A DNA stretch of 64,000 nucleotides from Tubiluchus corallicola (lineage: Eukaryota; Animalia; Priapulida): the NCBI GenBank assembly GCA_030141605.1, contig JAQGDQ010000024.1:682001-746000 (forward strand). The letters run 5' to 3'. The notes beneath the pieces were generated by a model. It was not told the DNA's origin and ran no database searches. It saw nothing but the letters and a program-made list of their open reading frames with translations. The translations under genes and the position numbers were made by a program. Below are positions 34,130 to 45,381 of the stretch, in pieces. How positions within the stretch are numbered: position 1 is the first letter of the stretch; each line of letters opens with the position of its first letter.

Positions 34130-37100
34130 ATGGCTCATATTTTGGTGGATGAGATTTGGCTAGCATTAGGTAAATGGGGTCGCTACCAATGGACTATTGT
34201 GGTACTTCTGCTGCTGTTGAACATAGCTTGGGCTTTTCAAATGATGTCCACTCCTTTTCTTGCTGCCATGCCATCTAGCTATCACTGCACTGTTTACGGT
34301 AATTACAGTCTCAATGAAACTGTACCTTGGGTTTTTGATGATGGTCAAGCGGACCATTCACAGTGTAAAATGTATGTAGAACCTTTTGGCAACGAGACAA
34401 TGAAATGCGACAATGGCTGGAATTATCCTAAAGGCTTTCCAGGCAGCATTGTTACCCAGGTAAGACATCAGACAGATCTAAAAAGGAATTCAACATTGAA
34501 ATGCAGTAACTTAAATGTTGTGTTTCAAGATTTATAATTGTGCTTGTAAAATTTATTAAATGTATTGATTTTAAGTGATACATTTACAAGTCTGATATAT
34601 ATTAAGCGGATCTGCCAACTCTCATGCATTAGGGGTGTGTCACACATATTTTAACTCTTTCACACTTGCACACGCATCAAATTTTCATGCATTGCACAAC
34701 TTCACCCAAGTTTGCAAATCAACTGGATCCCTTTGCCGTCAGTACCATTCGTAATACTATTAGTAACACCACTATCAATAATACAATAGTGTTCATGACT
34801 CTCACAATGTATGTTAAACTAATTACAATCATTGAAAATTAAGCACTTTTTGATGCTAGTGTGTATTTTTCGTGTCCACAAAAGAACGTATTTATGTATA
34901 AAGCATGGTAATCTGCTATGACAGCATAAGAGAGCTCAGTAGTACACAAAAATTAGCTTAATTTTTTGCCTCAATTTTCTGATAATTTGATTTTGATACC
35001 CAAAAATGCAAGAATTTCTGGGGCTTAATTTGCACTCTGGGCCTTTCCCAAGGGCAAGGTGATTGTCAGGCTCTCTACTTTTCACACTCGTTTTTACATC
35101 AAATGCATGGTAGGTCTGAATAAGTTACAACAGTCACTATGTAATTGTGACATTGGTAATTTAAGCATTCTTTGAATTGTTTAACCTATTTTACATCATT
35201 TACAAGCTGTGCTGTAATAGCAGCCATAATATAAATTAGTGATTAAATCCAATATAGCAGCAGTGTAGTATCTCCATTGAGTGAAATACCTGTAATGTTT
35301 TTTACCTTATTTTCTAAAAGAATTATTTACAAAATTGCATGAACTGAATTCAGTTTAAGGTTTTAGTTATGTTCACAACTTGTCAACTTTTGTTTTAGTT
35401 TAGCCATTCCATATCATCATTTATTACTAATGTTAGTTAAGTTGGATCATATTTTTTCTTTATTTAGTGGGACTTGGTTTGTGACAATCATTATCTGGTC
35501 AGTCTCAGTACGTCAGTAATGATGATTGGTGTCATGGTGGGCAATTGGAAAATATCAGAACTATCAGATCATTTCGGTCGCAAAAAGGTAGTTGTCATTA
35601 TCCTATTAGTTACTTGAAAAATGCGATGTCTGTGATTGGTTGATAGACCATTTGTTGGTTTTCCATTATATGTAAGGCTTTTGCAATATTTTAAACTTGT
35701 GACGAGTCTAGCATAATTTATAAAGTATCTATATTAATAGTTAGATGTCAAGTCAAATGTTCTAATTAGGAAATTAAGCATTAGACATAAATGCAGGTTC
35801 TTCCAATAAGCCTTTTCACATTTCCAGCCATTAATGAAAAGGTCAAAGGTTAGGTATACCAGACACTGTATTTGTGTATGCTTGACAGTGCCTCGCAGCC
35901 CAAGCTACTGCAATAGTAACAGTTTTAACGGCTAGCTAGAACCTCACTTACTTCATTTTTTTGTTCCCAAGCACGATCCTGCTAGTAAATCACTCTACGC
36001 ACAGATTTGTGGATAATTAATTAAATGCCACGTAAAACAACTGAAGTTACCGAAATGATGCTGTAGAAGGCTTTGTTTTACACACATGTCACGTGACGGT
36101 TGTAGCTAAGATGCATTCCTATTGTACACTTAACCTTTGACCTACAGCAACTGTGCATGTGCACAATGAAACTGTGAAAATGTGTGGTAATAGGATAAAT
36201 GGTTACAGCATAGTTCTATTAAGGTAGCCTTGGCACACAAAGAGGACAGGTAGCTAGCCAGTCACTCAGTTGCCTTTCTTCTTTTAGTAAGTGGTCATAT
36301 ACTCAATTAAGGTTGAGTAGGTTGAGTAGTTCTAGAAGCGTGGCAAGAAAGTTCTAATCAAGCAGTATGTGACTAGCAAACTCTTGACATAACTGGGTTT
36401 TGAACCTTCACACCCAGATTTCTTGAATTGTCACTCAAACATTATAAGCATTCAGTCACCATGCCTTTCAATGTATTCAGCTAAAAGCTAACAGTTTTGA
36501 TAAATGAAATCAAGGTTGTATAAATTCATGTGAAGTATTTAGAAATAATCTTCTACTAGATTGTGATTTCTCTCAAATTTAATGTTTCGTTGATCAAATT
36601 ACAGCTAATTAAGCTACACAGTTGAAGATTTGAAAGTTGCGGTTGTTGTGCAGGTGTTGATCACATCGTTTGCTCTGCACATTGTCGTCGGTGTCGTCAT
36701 GGCTGTCAGCTGGAACTACTGGGTTTTCTTCAGTTTACGTTTCCTAATGGGTATCTGCATGAGTGTAAGTACATTTTCTGATTTATGTTCATTTTTGTTA
36801 ATTAACACCATTTGCTACTATTTGTTTAATACACTCACTTTGGGATAACAGTGTTTTATCCTGTCAAACATGAAGAAGCTGTTTTGTGTAATTGTCATGC
36901 TGATAAAATGTTGAAAATCTGTTGCTGTATACTGCACATATTCACGGAAGACACCTAATACTTGACATCCTTGAACTGCAACTGGTGATGCCTATATTAT
37001 GTAGTTTGTGGTGCCTCTGTGAAAAGCAGCGGGAGCTTCAAAAGCAAACCGCTAGGCAAATGATTAAGTTTAGTTTCCAGAAACAGTGAGGTTAATTGCA

Positions 37101-40100
37101 GCACATGAGTGGTTGACAACCTGCTGAGCTAGCATCATAGCACGTGTAAATGTACTTGCTTACAAACAAAATGCTACTTAACATGATTGTTTATACGTAA
37201 ATTATAGTGCCCAAAAGTGAAGTGAAGATGACATAAACACGGTTAAAGCTCTTTTGTCACAGACATAAATAATTTTGTCTTATTTTAAGCACATGGAGCA
37301 AAAATATTGAGTTAATTTCGTGAAGTTATTAGAGTCAATGTCGACACTTTTTACATACATTTGAATAGGAGCAGCTCGTACCAAGTGTTTTTGAGTCAGC
37401 TAAGTGACTGATTCAATCAATCTGAGTCTAATAAACAGCACCTACTGTATCTTGAGAATCTGATTAATCAACTCGCTGGAAATATGTGTTTATATTTGAC
37501 ATTTCCACAGAAAAGAGTTTGTGATTTCATTAAGAATTGTTACAGCATTTCTCAAACATTTCAGGGTTTTGGCATCACCGGATACGTGATGCGCAGTGAA
37601 CTTCTTCCGAAATCCGAACGCATTTATGGAACATTCACGTTTGGTGGTGCCACCTGGAATATTGGAATAGCAATACTGGCATTGTTTGCCTGGCTGGTAC
37701 CAAACTGGAGAGAGTTGCAGCTTACCCTTACCATACCTACAGTTGTTCTCCTTTCATACTGGTGGTAATTGTCATTTTGATCAGTAATTCATTACTACAT
37801 AGATAGTAAGATCAAAAAATGAGTTTTGGATGGAATAATGATAACTAAAACGGGAATTCATCCTTTCTTTTTCTCGAGTGTTTTTAGTGTAGTTTTATTG
37901 TTTTATATCTATGTAGAATGTATTTTATAATGATGTGTGCAAATTTTATGTGTAATATGTAATAAATAAATCAATTGTAAAAAAGATTGTAATTATATCT
38001 TGCCAATTATCGAAAATATATAGCCTCAGTCATTCCAATTAGATATCAGTAAAGTGTTTTACTCATCTTGTTTGCTTAACAGTTTCTTATGAAGATATTT
38101 GCAATGGTCTCCCATGAAAATATTTCTTAGTTCGATGTTTTAAGCAAGTTATTGTCTTTAGTTTTTGTATAGTTTGCACTCTGTAAGCTAGAATCCAACT
38201 GTTAATGACAAGGCTTATTTAATGTACAAGAGTAGAACCCAAACTCTTTGTCAAGAAAAATGCTTTCAGGTAAAATGTTGAACCAGGAGGGGTACTATAG
38301 TCTTTTTAACACATTCTGAAAAGTGCACATACAAGGTTTTCAGTCAAACTAATTTGTACATTGTGTCTCAAAAGTCACTATACACTTTACATTTTCTGTA
38401 TTTTTTAAGTTTGTAAGTTAGTACAGACGAACTAAAACCTTGGGCAATTCTTTTAGTCAAATTTTGGCGAAAATCTGAAAGGAGCTGTTGCACTAGTAGG
38501 CTTTGCTATTCTTTCTAGCTTGCTTTTTCAATGACTTAAGATCTTTAGCAACCAATCCAAATGGCAAGTCAGACATCTTACATTGAGAAAGTCTCTCACA
38601 GCTCATGAGTGGCCAAGAAAGGATACCCTTGTTGAAAAACTACATTGTCAATAGTGAGAGAATAGTGTGGTCTATATGATGCTTTGAATTTCCACAGAGC
38701 TTTGGCTGGTGATTGAAAGTTTATGGCAGACTTATTTTGCACTTGATTTCTAACATTACTGTCGTTACCATAGCAATAAGGTTCCATTCATAAAGTAAAC
38801 AAAATTGCAACAGGCTCCATTCATTCCTGTAAGAACTTACTGAAAATGAAGTAAAATTTAAAAAGAAAATTATAAATCAAAGTGTGTTTTTGAGACACCT
38901 GTATGTAGACAAAAAATCTAGTTCTCACATTAGACAACAAACAGCATTGAATAACATACAGTGTGGATACTTTGAAAAACATTCGTCTGTTTGTTGGTTG
39001 TTTTAGCTCTCATAACAGAGTGTCTTGTTTGCTTTGCTCGTTTATGAAGTCAATGGAAATTCCAATTCTGTATGATCTGATGGGAATGTGATTAATAGTT
39101 GTTCTTCATGCTAAGGCTTGTTTACACATATTTTAGGCTTATACCAGAGTCTCTGCATTGGCTTATGACACACGGACATGATGCTGATGCGAAGAATATA
39201 ATAGAAAAAGCAGCAAAGACAAATAAAGTGCAACTAAGTGATCAAGACATCCATAGATTGATGTACAGGACGGATTCCGTGTATAGTAATGATATGGAGC
39301 AAAAGCTTGGTGTATCTATTAATTCTGCAAAACCTGTGGAAAGTGTGGCCAACATTACTGAGGAAAAGCTGACTTTGTTAGCCGTATTTCGACATCCATA
39401 TTTACGGTGCTATTCAATTGTTCTAGGGTATTCATGGTAAGTTGAATATGCTTAATTATATATATATATATATATAATGTGTGTGTGTATGTTATTTGTG
39501 CATAATTATGTAGTAAGAGGTCATGGGAAAAACAGGATTTATGAACAAGTGCTTTCATGTGGGAATCTCAAGGTTAACAACCATAGAAGTGACAGTAAAA
39601 CACTACATTTAGCAAATTGTCAGCATTTAGTTACTGGGTGAAATGAACAAAAAAACACTAACCTTAGGCTTTGATAGAAGCCCTAAATGTTTTGTGTGAT
39701 GAATGTGATAGTGCGAATACTTTCAAAAAGTAAAAAAGTAATAATAAAAAATATTTTCTGTTGTTTGTATCATTTAATTATTAAAACTGTGATGTATATT
39801 TTGACTGTAAGATTAGATTATGTTAATCATTTACAATAGTTTTAATTAAATTTATTTGGGGGTAAGCAAAGTATTGTTATTGTACCATTTATTTTAATGT
39901 ACCAGAGTGCTACTTGCTTTGTCATTGCATAGGCTTGTGTTATTTCTTCATGCTTTGTAGTTTTTGAAATTCTGAAGTTTTACTTCATTTTTCGTTAATG
40001 TCTTGCATTTATTTTGGCAATTTTAAATATAATTACTTTAGTTAAATTAGGGGTTCTTTGCCTAATTCGACACTTCTTTTTCAAGGTTTGTCCTCTCTCT

Positions 40101-43100
40101 TGTTTACTATGGCTTAGCATTAACTATCGGGCAGCTACCTGGCAACAGCTTTCTTATCTTTGCCATGTTTGGCTTGTGCCAAATACCTGTTGATGTGGCT
40201 GCTACTTTCTTAATTAACAAGTAGGTGATATAAGGGCATAGGTTCTTGCTTATTGTGGCTTATATGGATTTTATATAAAAACCGTGCACAGTGAAACTGG
40301 CTACTAAATGATTAATGGGTAACAAGAGCGGTGTTTGTCCACCGCTAAGTAGCTCTTGCAGCGGCTGAGAACACTGCTGAGCTGTTGCATTATGTACTGG
40401 GGGTGATCATCAGGCACGCAGTAGACAATAATGCAGAATATTTTTGCATTACTAACTAAGTTTAACTTAAATTAAATAAATCACGATCCACGTCATATAA
40501 GAATAATTCATCATTTAATCCCAGTACGATTTATAAGATCATACTAACACCACATTCGTTAAAAAGCAATCTAGTTAAAAAACAGAATGCAATTAAAACC
40601 ACAATGCTTAGTTAAAATTACTTTAAAATAGAATGTAAGTTAAAGCCACGGTATCAAAATCACACCGATGTAGAATTAAAACAGTATTAAATTAAGTATA
40701 AGTGCAATCACGTTGAAGCAAAATTATTATTGCCAGACTGACCTAATGAATATTTCATTTGTCTAACACAATATGAAGCTAACTTGTTTAATACCCGGTC
40801 TGAATAGGGCAAGCCTGTTCTGAAGTCGCTTTGTAGCAAACAATAGGGCTTGCAAGCGGTTTTACGTAAAACGGTTTTCATGTAAAACCCATATTAGTGC
40901 TGTATTGGCGTCTAGTCCTATGTGCATTTCATATTTATTTTTATTTTCAAGTAATTTTGTTACTCCAGTCAAAATAGATTCATAATTGTTAATTGACCAT
41001 TTTGCTGGTAACATGAAATAATGAAGTGCAACCTGTTAAAACTGCTTGTTAATTAATTTCAAGTAATACCTGTGTCCTTTTACACTTTCTTCTCTATTGA
41101 ATTGTAATTGTATCTGTGTTATAGGTTTGTAGCTTAAGCTATAATATCGCTGCAGTTGCTAAAGTGTCTGCATTAGACACTTGTCTTGCATTATTAAGTT
41201 GGCTTGTCACCATTAATCATTATTGTCATTTATCATGTAGATAGTGTCATTGATAATTTTTAGTGAACATTTTGACCAATAGATGTCAGTCTATCACTGT
41301 TGTAGTCTAGATCTTCTTATTTACTGACACACTGATGACATTTTTAATTACAAATATTCTACTTTAGATTGGGCCGAAGAGTACCACTCTGCTTTACCAT
41401 GTGTCTTGGAGGTGTGTTACTTATGACTGCAGTTCTAATGCCAAAACTGCCTCGTAAGTATTGTTATGATTACTGGTGTAGTGTAAATGGTATTTCATTT
41501 CATTTTTTGTTTCCAGAGCACATTTCATGTTCTTTTGCACATGTGTAACAGAAAAACTTTTTTAAGGAAAATGATTTTTGATTAATTAATCATTTTAGAA
41601 AAGGAAGCAGATTTATCGTGGTTTATTACAACAATAGCGATGCTCGGGAAGATAAGCATTTCTGTTGCTTTCAACATTGTATACCTCTACACAGTAGAAG
41701 TCTTTCCAACTGTTGTAAGGTGAGTTTGCTGAAGTTTTTTTAAATGCTATAGAAATGGTGACATAGTGTGACAGTTTGAGACTGTCATGATTACTAATTA
41801 CTTCGGAAAAGTTGTAATCACATTACTCATTTTTTATTTATTTTAGCTAACCCTTTACTGATTACTGATTACTTTCGTATACTTCTGCAATACACTTAAA
41901 TCTGTCAGGTTAATTCACTCTACAGTTTTCTAGCAAGATTCAATGAAACATGGAGTTTTTAGATGTAAATAACAGTTTTTTTCCTTAGATACATGGTGCA
42001 GTGTATTATTATATTTAGTTTTTCTCCATTTACAAAATTAAAATAATGGCCATATTGCCATTAATTTTGTTAAAAGCGCCTGCTTGCTGAGCTGACAAAA
42101 AACCTGATCTTTGTCACCTGTATCGATTACAGACAACTGAATACACACAATAGCTTAACTGGATCGGGGTATTTTAGAAGTCCCTGACCTGGCCTGACTT
42201 TACTGAGCTACATTGTCCTACAGTATGTGCACTGTGCACATGACCAAGCATAAGATGCATAAAACAATCAGCTACTGTAACAGTTGTAGAAGTTCTTATC
42301 AGGCAGTCAGCCTGAATGTCAAATGAGGTCGTTATTTGAGCAAAGTAACAACCCCCCCCTGAGGAATTTGCATACAGGTGTTGCATGGCAGAGATGGACA
42401 AAAGCAAGGCCGCTAAATGATCAAAATGGCCTAAATTTAAAATGTTATTCTTGGATAGATAAATAGTGCCGATTTAGTAGTGCTACTGCCAAAGTAACGA
42501 GTAATATGTTTACAAGATTAAGCAGAGTAGTTGAGTTACATTACTCGTTACTGTAAAAAGTAATTTGATTACAGTAACCCGTTACTACCCAACACTTAGT
42601 AACAAATATTTACCTGAATACTAATATAGTTTACTGTTTGTTTCAGAAATATTGGCATAGGTTTCATGTCTCTGTGTACAAGAATTGGTGGAATACTGGC
42701 ACCTTTTGTCATTTACATGGTATGTACATTTTTGTTTTCTTTTAGTTTCTTAAAGCTAAGATGGTTTCACGTCAAATTGAAACAGATTTTCCTTGGTGTC
42801 CCTAAGAAATGTCTGAAAAACACGAGCACATTTAGGAAGTAGATTTATCAAATAAGCACTTAGCTACAATCACCCGGACCTGTTGTCTTTCCCTAAAATG
42901 CCTTATAGATGTACAATTTCAGGTAAGTTTACCAGAACACAATCTCATATAGATCATGTTGGCAGAATGTAATACAACCATTATTTTTGCCTTAACAGTC
43001 CATTGCTGGTCATGCCAGGTGTGCCTGCATGTCTGCATGTTTCAGGGTAATGCTGTCACCCCAAATTTATTACTCGCTTGCTGTGTTATTTTTTGTTTTT

Positions 43101-44064
43101 AACTGGTATCAGTTCCTAAATACTGAACAGCTGCAGAATTTTCAAGAGTGAAATAAGTAGTAAAACTAATATTTAGGTGAATTCAAATAGTCGTGAAATA
43201 TAATGGTAATATTTTGATTGTCTGTATTTTTGAGTTTGGCCCGACTATCTCAGGCAGGTTTTAAGATATGCCTTTTTTAAATAGGAGCATATTTGCACTA
43301 CGCTATTTATGCAATATATACGAAAGTAGGTTGAAATTTGAATGTGTTTTTTCACATACGTTTAATTTACTTTTTGCTCAACCGTTTTTGCTTGAATACT
43401 TTTTTAGCTTGCATTTTTGCTCAATTTTTTGATTTTGATGTTTGTTGCAAGATATAAGAAAATTGATTGATTGATTAATATTTATTCTAGCATAAAAGCC
43501 ATAAAAAGACTAAAAGCGGATTGTTTATGTTGCTGTTTGTTTATGACATCTACTTGTGTCCTGTGTATTTTTATTTATGATTTATTAACATTATATTATT
43601 TAAGAATTAAGAATTAATAGTATTTATTTATTAGTACAATATAATTTTCGTTGTGCTGAGATGTAAACAAACTCGTGTATTTTGCAGTAATCTCTAGCAG
43701 TAATTTTGCAGCAGATTATATCTCAGAATGAAAATGCACACAAGATCGTAAGTAAACAAGGTAGTGTAGAAATATATGAAAACAAACTAATAGCTTTACC
43801 ATAGAGAAGACTGTCTGTTCTTTCCTGTATGGTAATACTTTTTTTTTATTTCAGGATATTTTTGGTCGTTCTACACCTTACCTCATCTTTGGCGTTTTGA
43901 GTATAACGGCAGGCTGCCTCTGTATTGTTCTTCCAGAAACTTCTGGTGTTCATCTTAGCGATACTCTTGAACAAGTATTAAAACCTCGTGTTGATCTCAT
44001 AGGTTGCATTTGTAGAAATATAGGCAATAAAGTAAATAGAAAGATTGAGAGAAATGATTTATAA
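34130..44064 (+). CDS. SLC22-family organic ion transporter (MFS), tandem copy A, 10 coding exons, 561 aa
   Basis: Exons 34130-34459, 35468-35587, 36654-36764, 37565-37764, 39137-39436, 40086-40220, 41368-41453, 41599-41719, 42647-42719, 43855-44064. All introns are GT-AG and the frame is continuous (1686 nt). Motifs: LGKWGRYQ, 4-Cys glycosylated loop, SIVTQWDLVCD, SDHFGRKK, PNWRELQ, PESLHWL, VYYGL, LGRR, EVFPTVVR, LPETSG. AATAAA at 44082. Confidence 0.93.
34607..35118. mobile_element. Decayed hAT-type MITE in SLC22-A intron 1
   Basis: Termini cggatctgccaac / gcatggtaggtctg are imperfect inverted repeats; cacac-rich subterminal motifs; no clean TSD. Confidence 0.4.
36230..36465 (-). mobile_element. 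Decayed tRNA-derived SINE
   Basis: Minus strand ggcatggtgactgaatgc (A-box-like) followed about 45 nt later by ggttcaaaaccc (B-box-like). Confidence 0.4.
38359..38901 (-). mobile_element. Internally deleted Tc1/mariner element with TA target duplication
   Basis: TA|cattgtgtctcaaaa ... ttttgagacacctg|TA termini. Internal minus-strand DNVVFQQGYPFLATH resembles the Tc1 IFQQDNAPCH catalytic block. Confidence 0.65.
39457..39490. repeat. (TA)n(TG)n microsatellite
   Basis: tatatatatatatatatataatgtgtgtgtgtat just after exon 5 of SLC22-A. Confidence 0.85.
41788..42597. mobile_element. Decayed hAT-type MITE with agtaac/gttact subterminal repeats
   Basis: Right end gtaacgagtaat..ttactcgttactgtaaaaagtaatttgattacagtaacccgttactacccaacact; attact-rich left block at 41788-41876. 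Confidence 0.55.
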
Positions 44065-45381
44065 TTTATTTATAGGTAATGAATAAATTTTTGATATTTT
44101 TATACTTGTACTATTAATCAATTGTTTCTGTTTTTTTTTGCTTGATTGCACTTTCATAATTAATTTTTATTTCTAAATTCCTTGAATTGATTTGACCTAA
44201 TTTTTGTGAATAGCTTATATTTTACAATAAAATTGGAGTTAGTGTGTGTAGTATTTGCCTACTTATTCGTTTATGATTACAATGTAAGTAGATTTAAGCT
44301 ATCATGCATATTATACAAAAATGCATAGTTGCAACATATACATGTTTTGAAGACTGTGTGTGTACATCCAGTACTTGCATTTTGTAATTAAAATTTGGTT
44401 TTAAAAATCTACTATACATGACTTTAAATATTAACTACATTAAATTATTAGGTTCATTTATGAAAAGAAAAACATCAGAGATAATTCTACATAAGACAGC
44501 AAAATAATTAGTTTTTCTATAGACAGTACACCTCCTGGGCTTGCTTTACATCAACGTTTTCGGTTTAAATCAGACTCAGTTCCGAATTTTCATTTTTCCT
44601 TTCTTTTCGTCAAGTTTAGTTTAGAAAATTCAATAAATCTGGCTTTCCAATGTTAACAGTGAAGAAGATACTGTCTTGGTGTTAGCTGCTTAAAAACTAA
44701 TGTAAATTAAAGAATTCAAATATTGTTAACACAGCAATATAAAACAGTCACTGTAGTTATATAGTGAATTTAATTATAAATGGCCTGGTGTCATTAATAA
44801 TGCAGTATGATGCACTGTAACTTTTTTCTCTCATAAATGTAAGTGAAAGTTTACACTAATTATGGTGAGGTTTTAGCAGCTTGAAAATTACTCTACCAAT
44901 TACAACAGATTTAGTTGTACTAAAATATTGTTATGTGGGCATCAATTGGTCCTAGAAAACGCAGACTTTGTCTTAACTACTATCTGAATCAATATTTACA
45001 GTTACCTACATTACACAGTGTATCAGATAAACCGTTTTTAGTCATTTGTGTGCTGATTTGTGCAAGCAGACATGCTTATGACCAGGATGTAAATGTCAAC
45101 AGTTTTTGGTAAGATACTTTTGCTTTATTTGTTGTGTTTTGACTAAATATTAAAATTTTTGGTCTATCATGTTCTTTAAGATTTTAACGATTTTGTATAC
45201 TCATATATGTAGTTCTTGGAACTGCCAGCTATTGACAAACTGTGAATAAAAAAGAATAAAAAAGCTAGTGCTCCAAAGTTTATATACACCTGTCATTTAA
45301 AGCTAAACTTTATCTCTGGATATCGATTAAATTTTTGGATTTTTGTTTACTTTAAAATGTACTTATTTCTATAGGTAAAAG

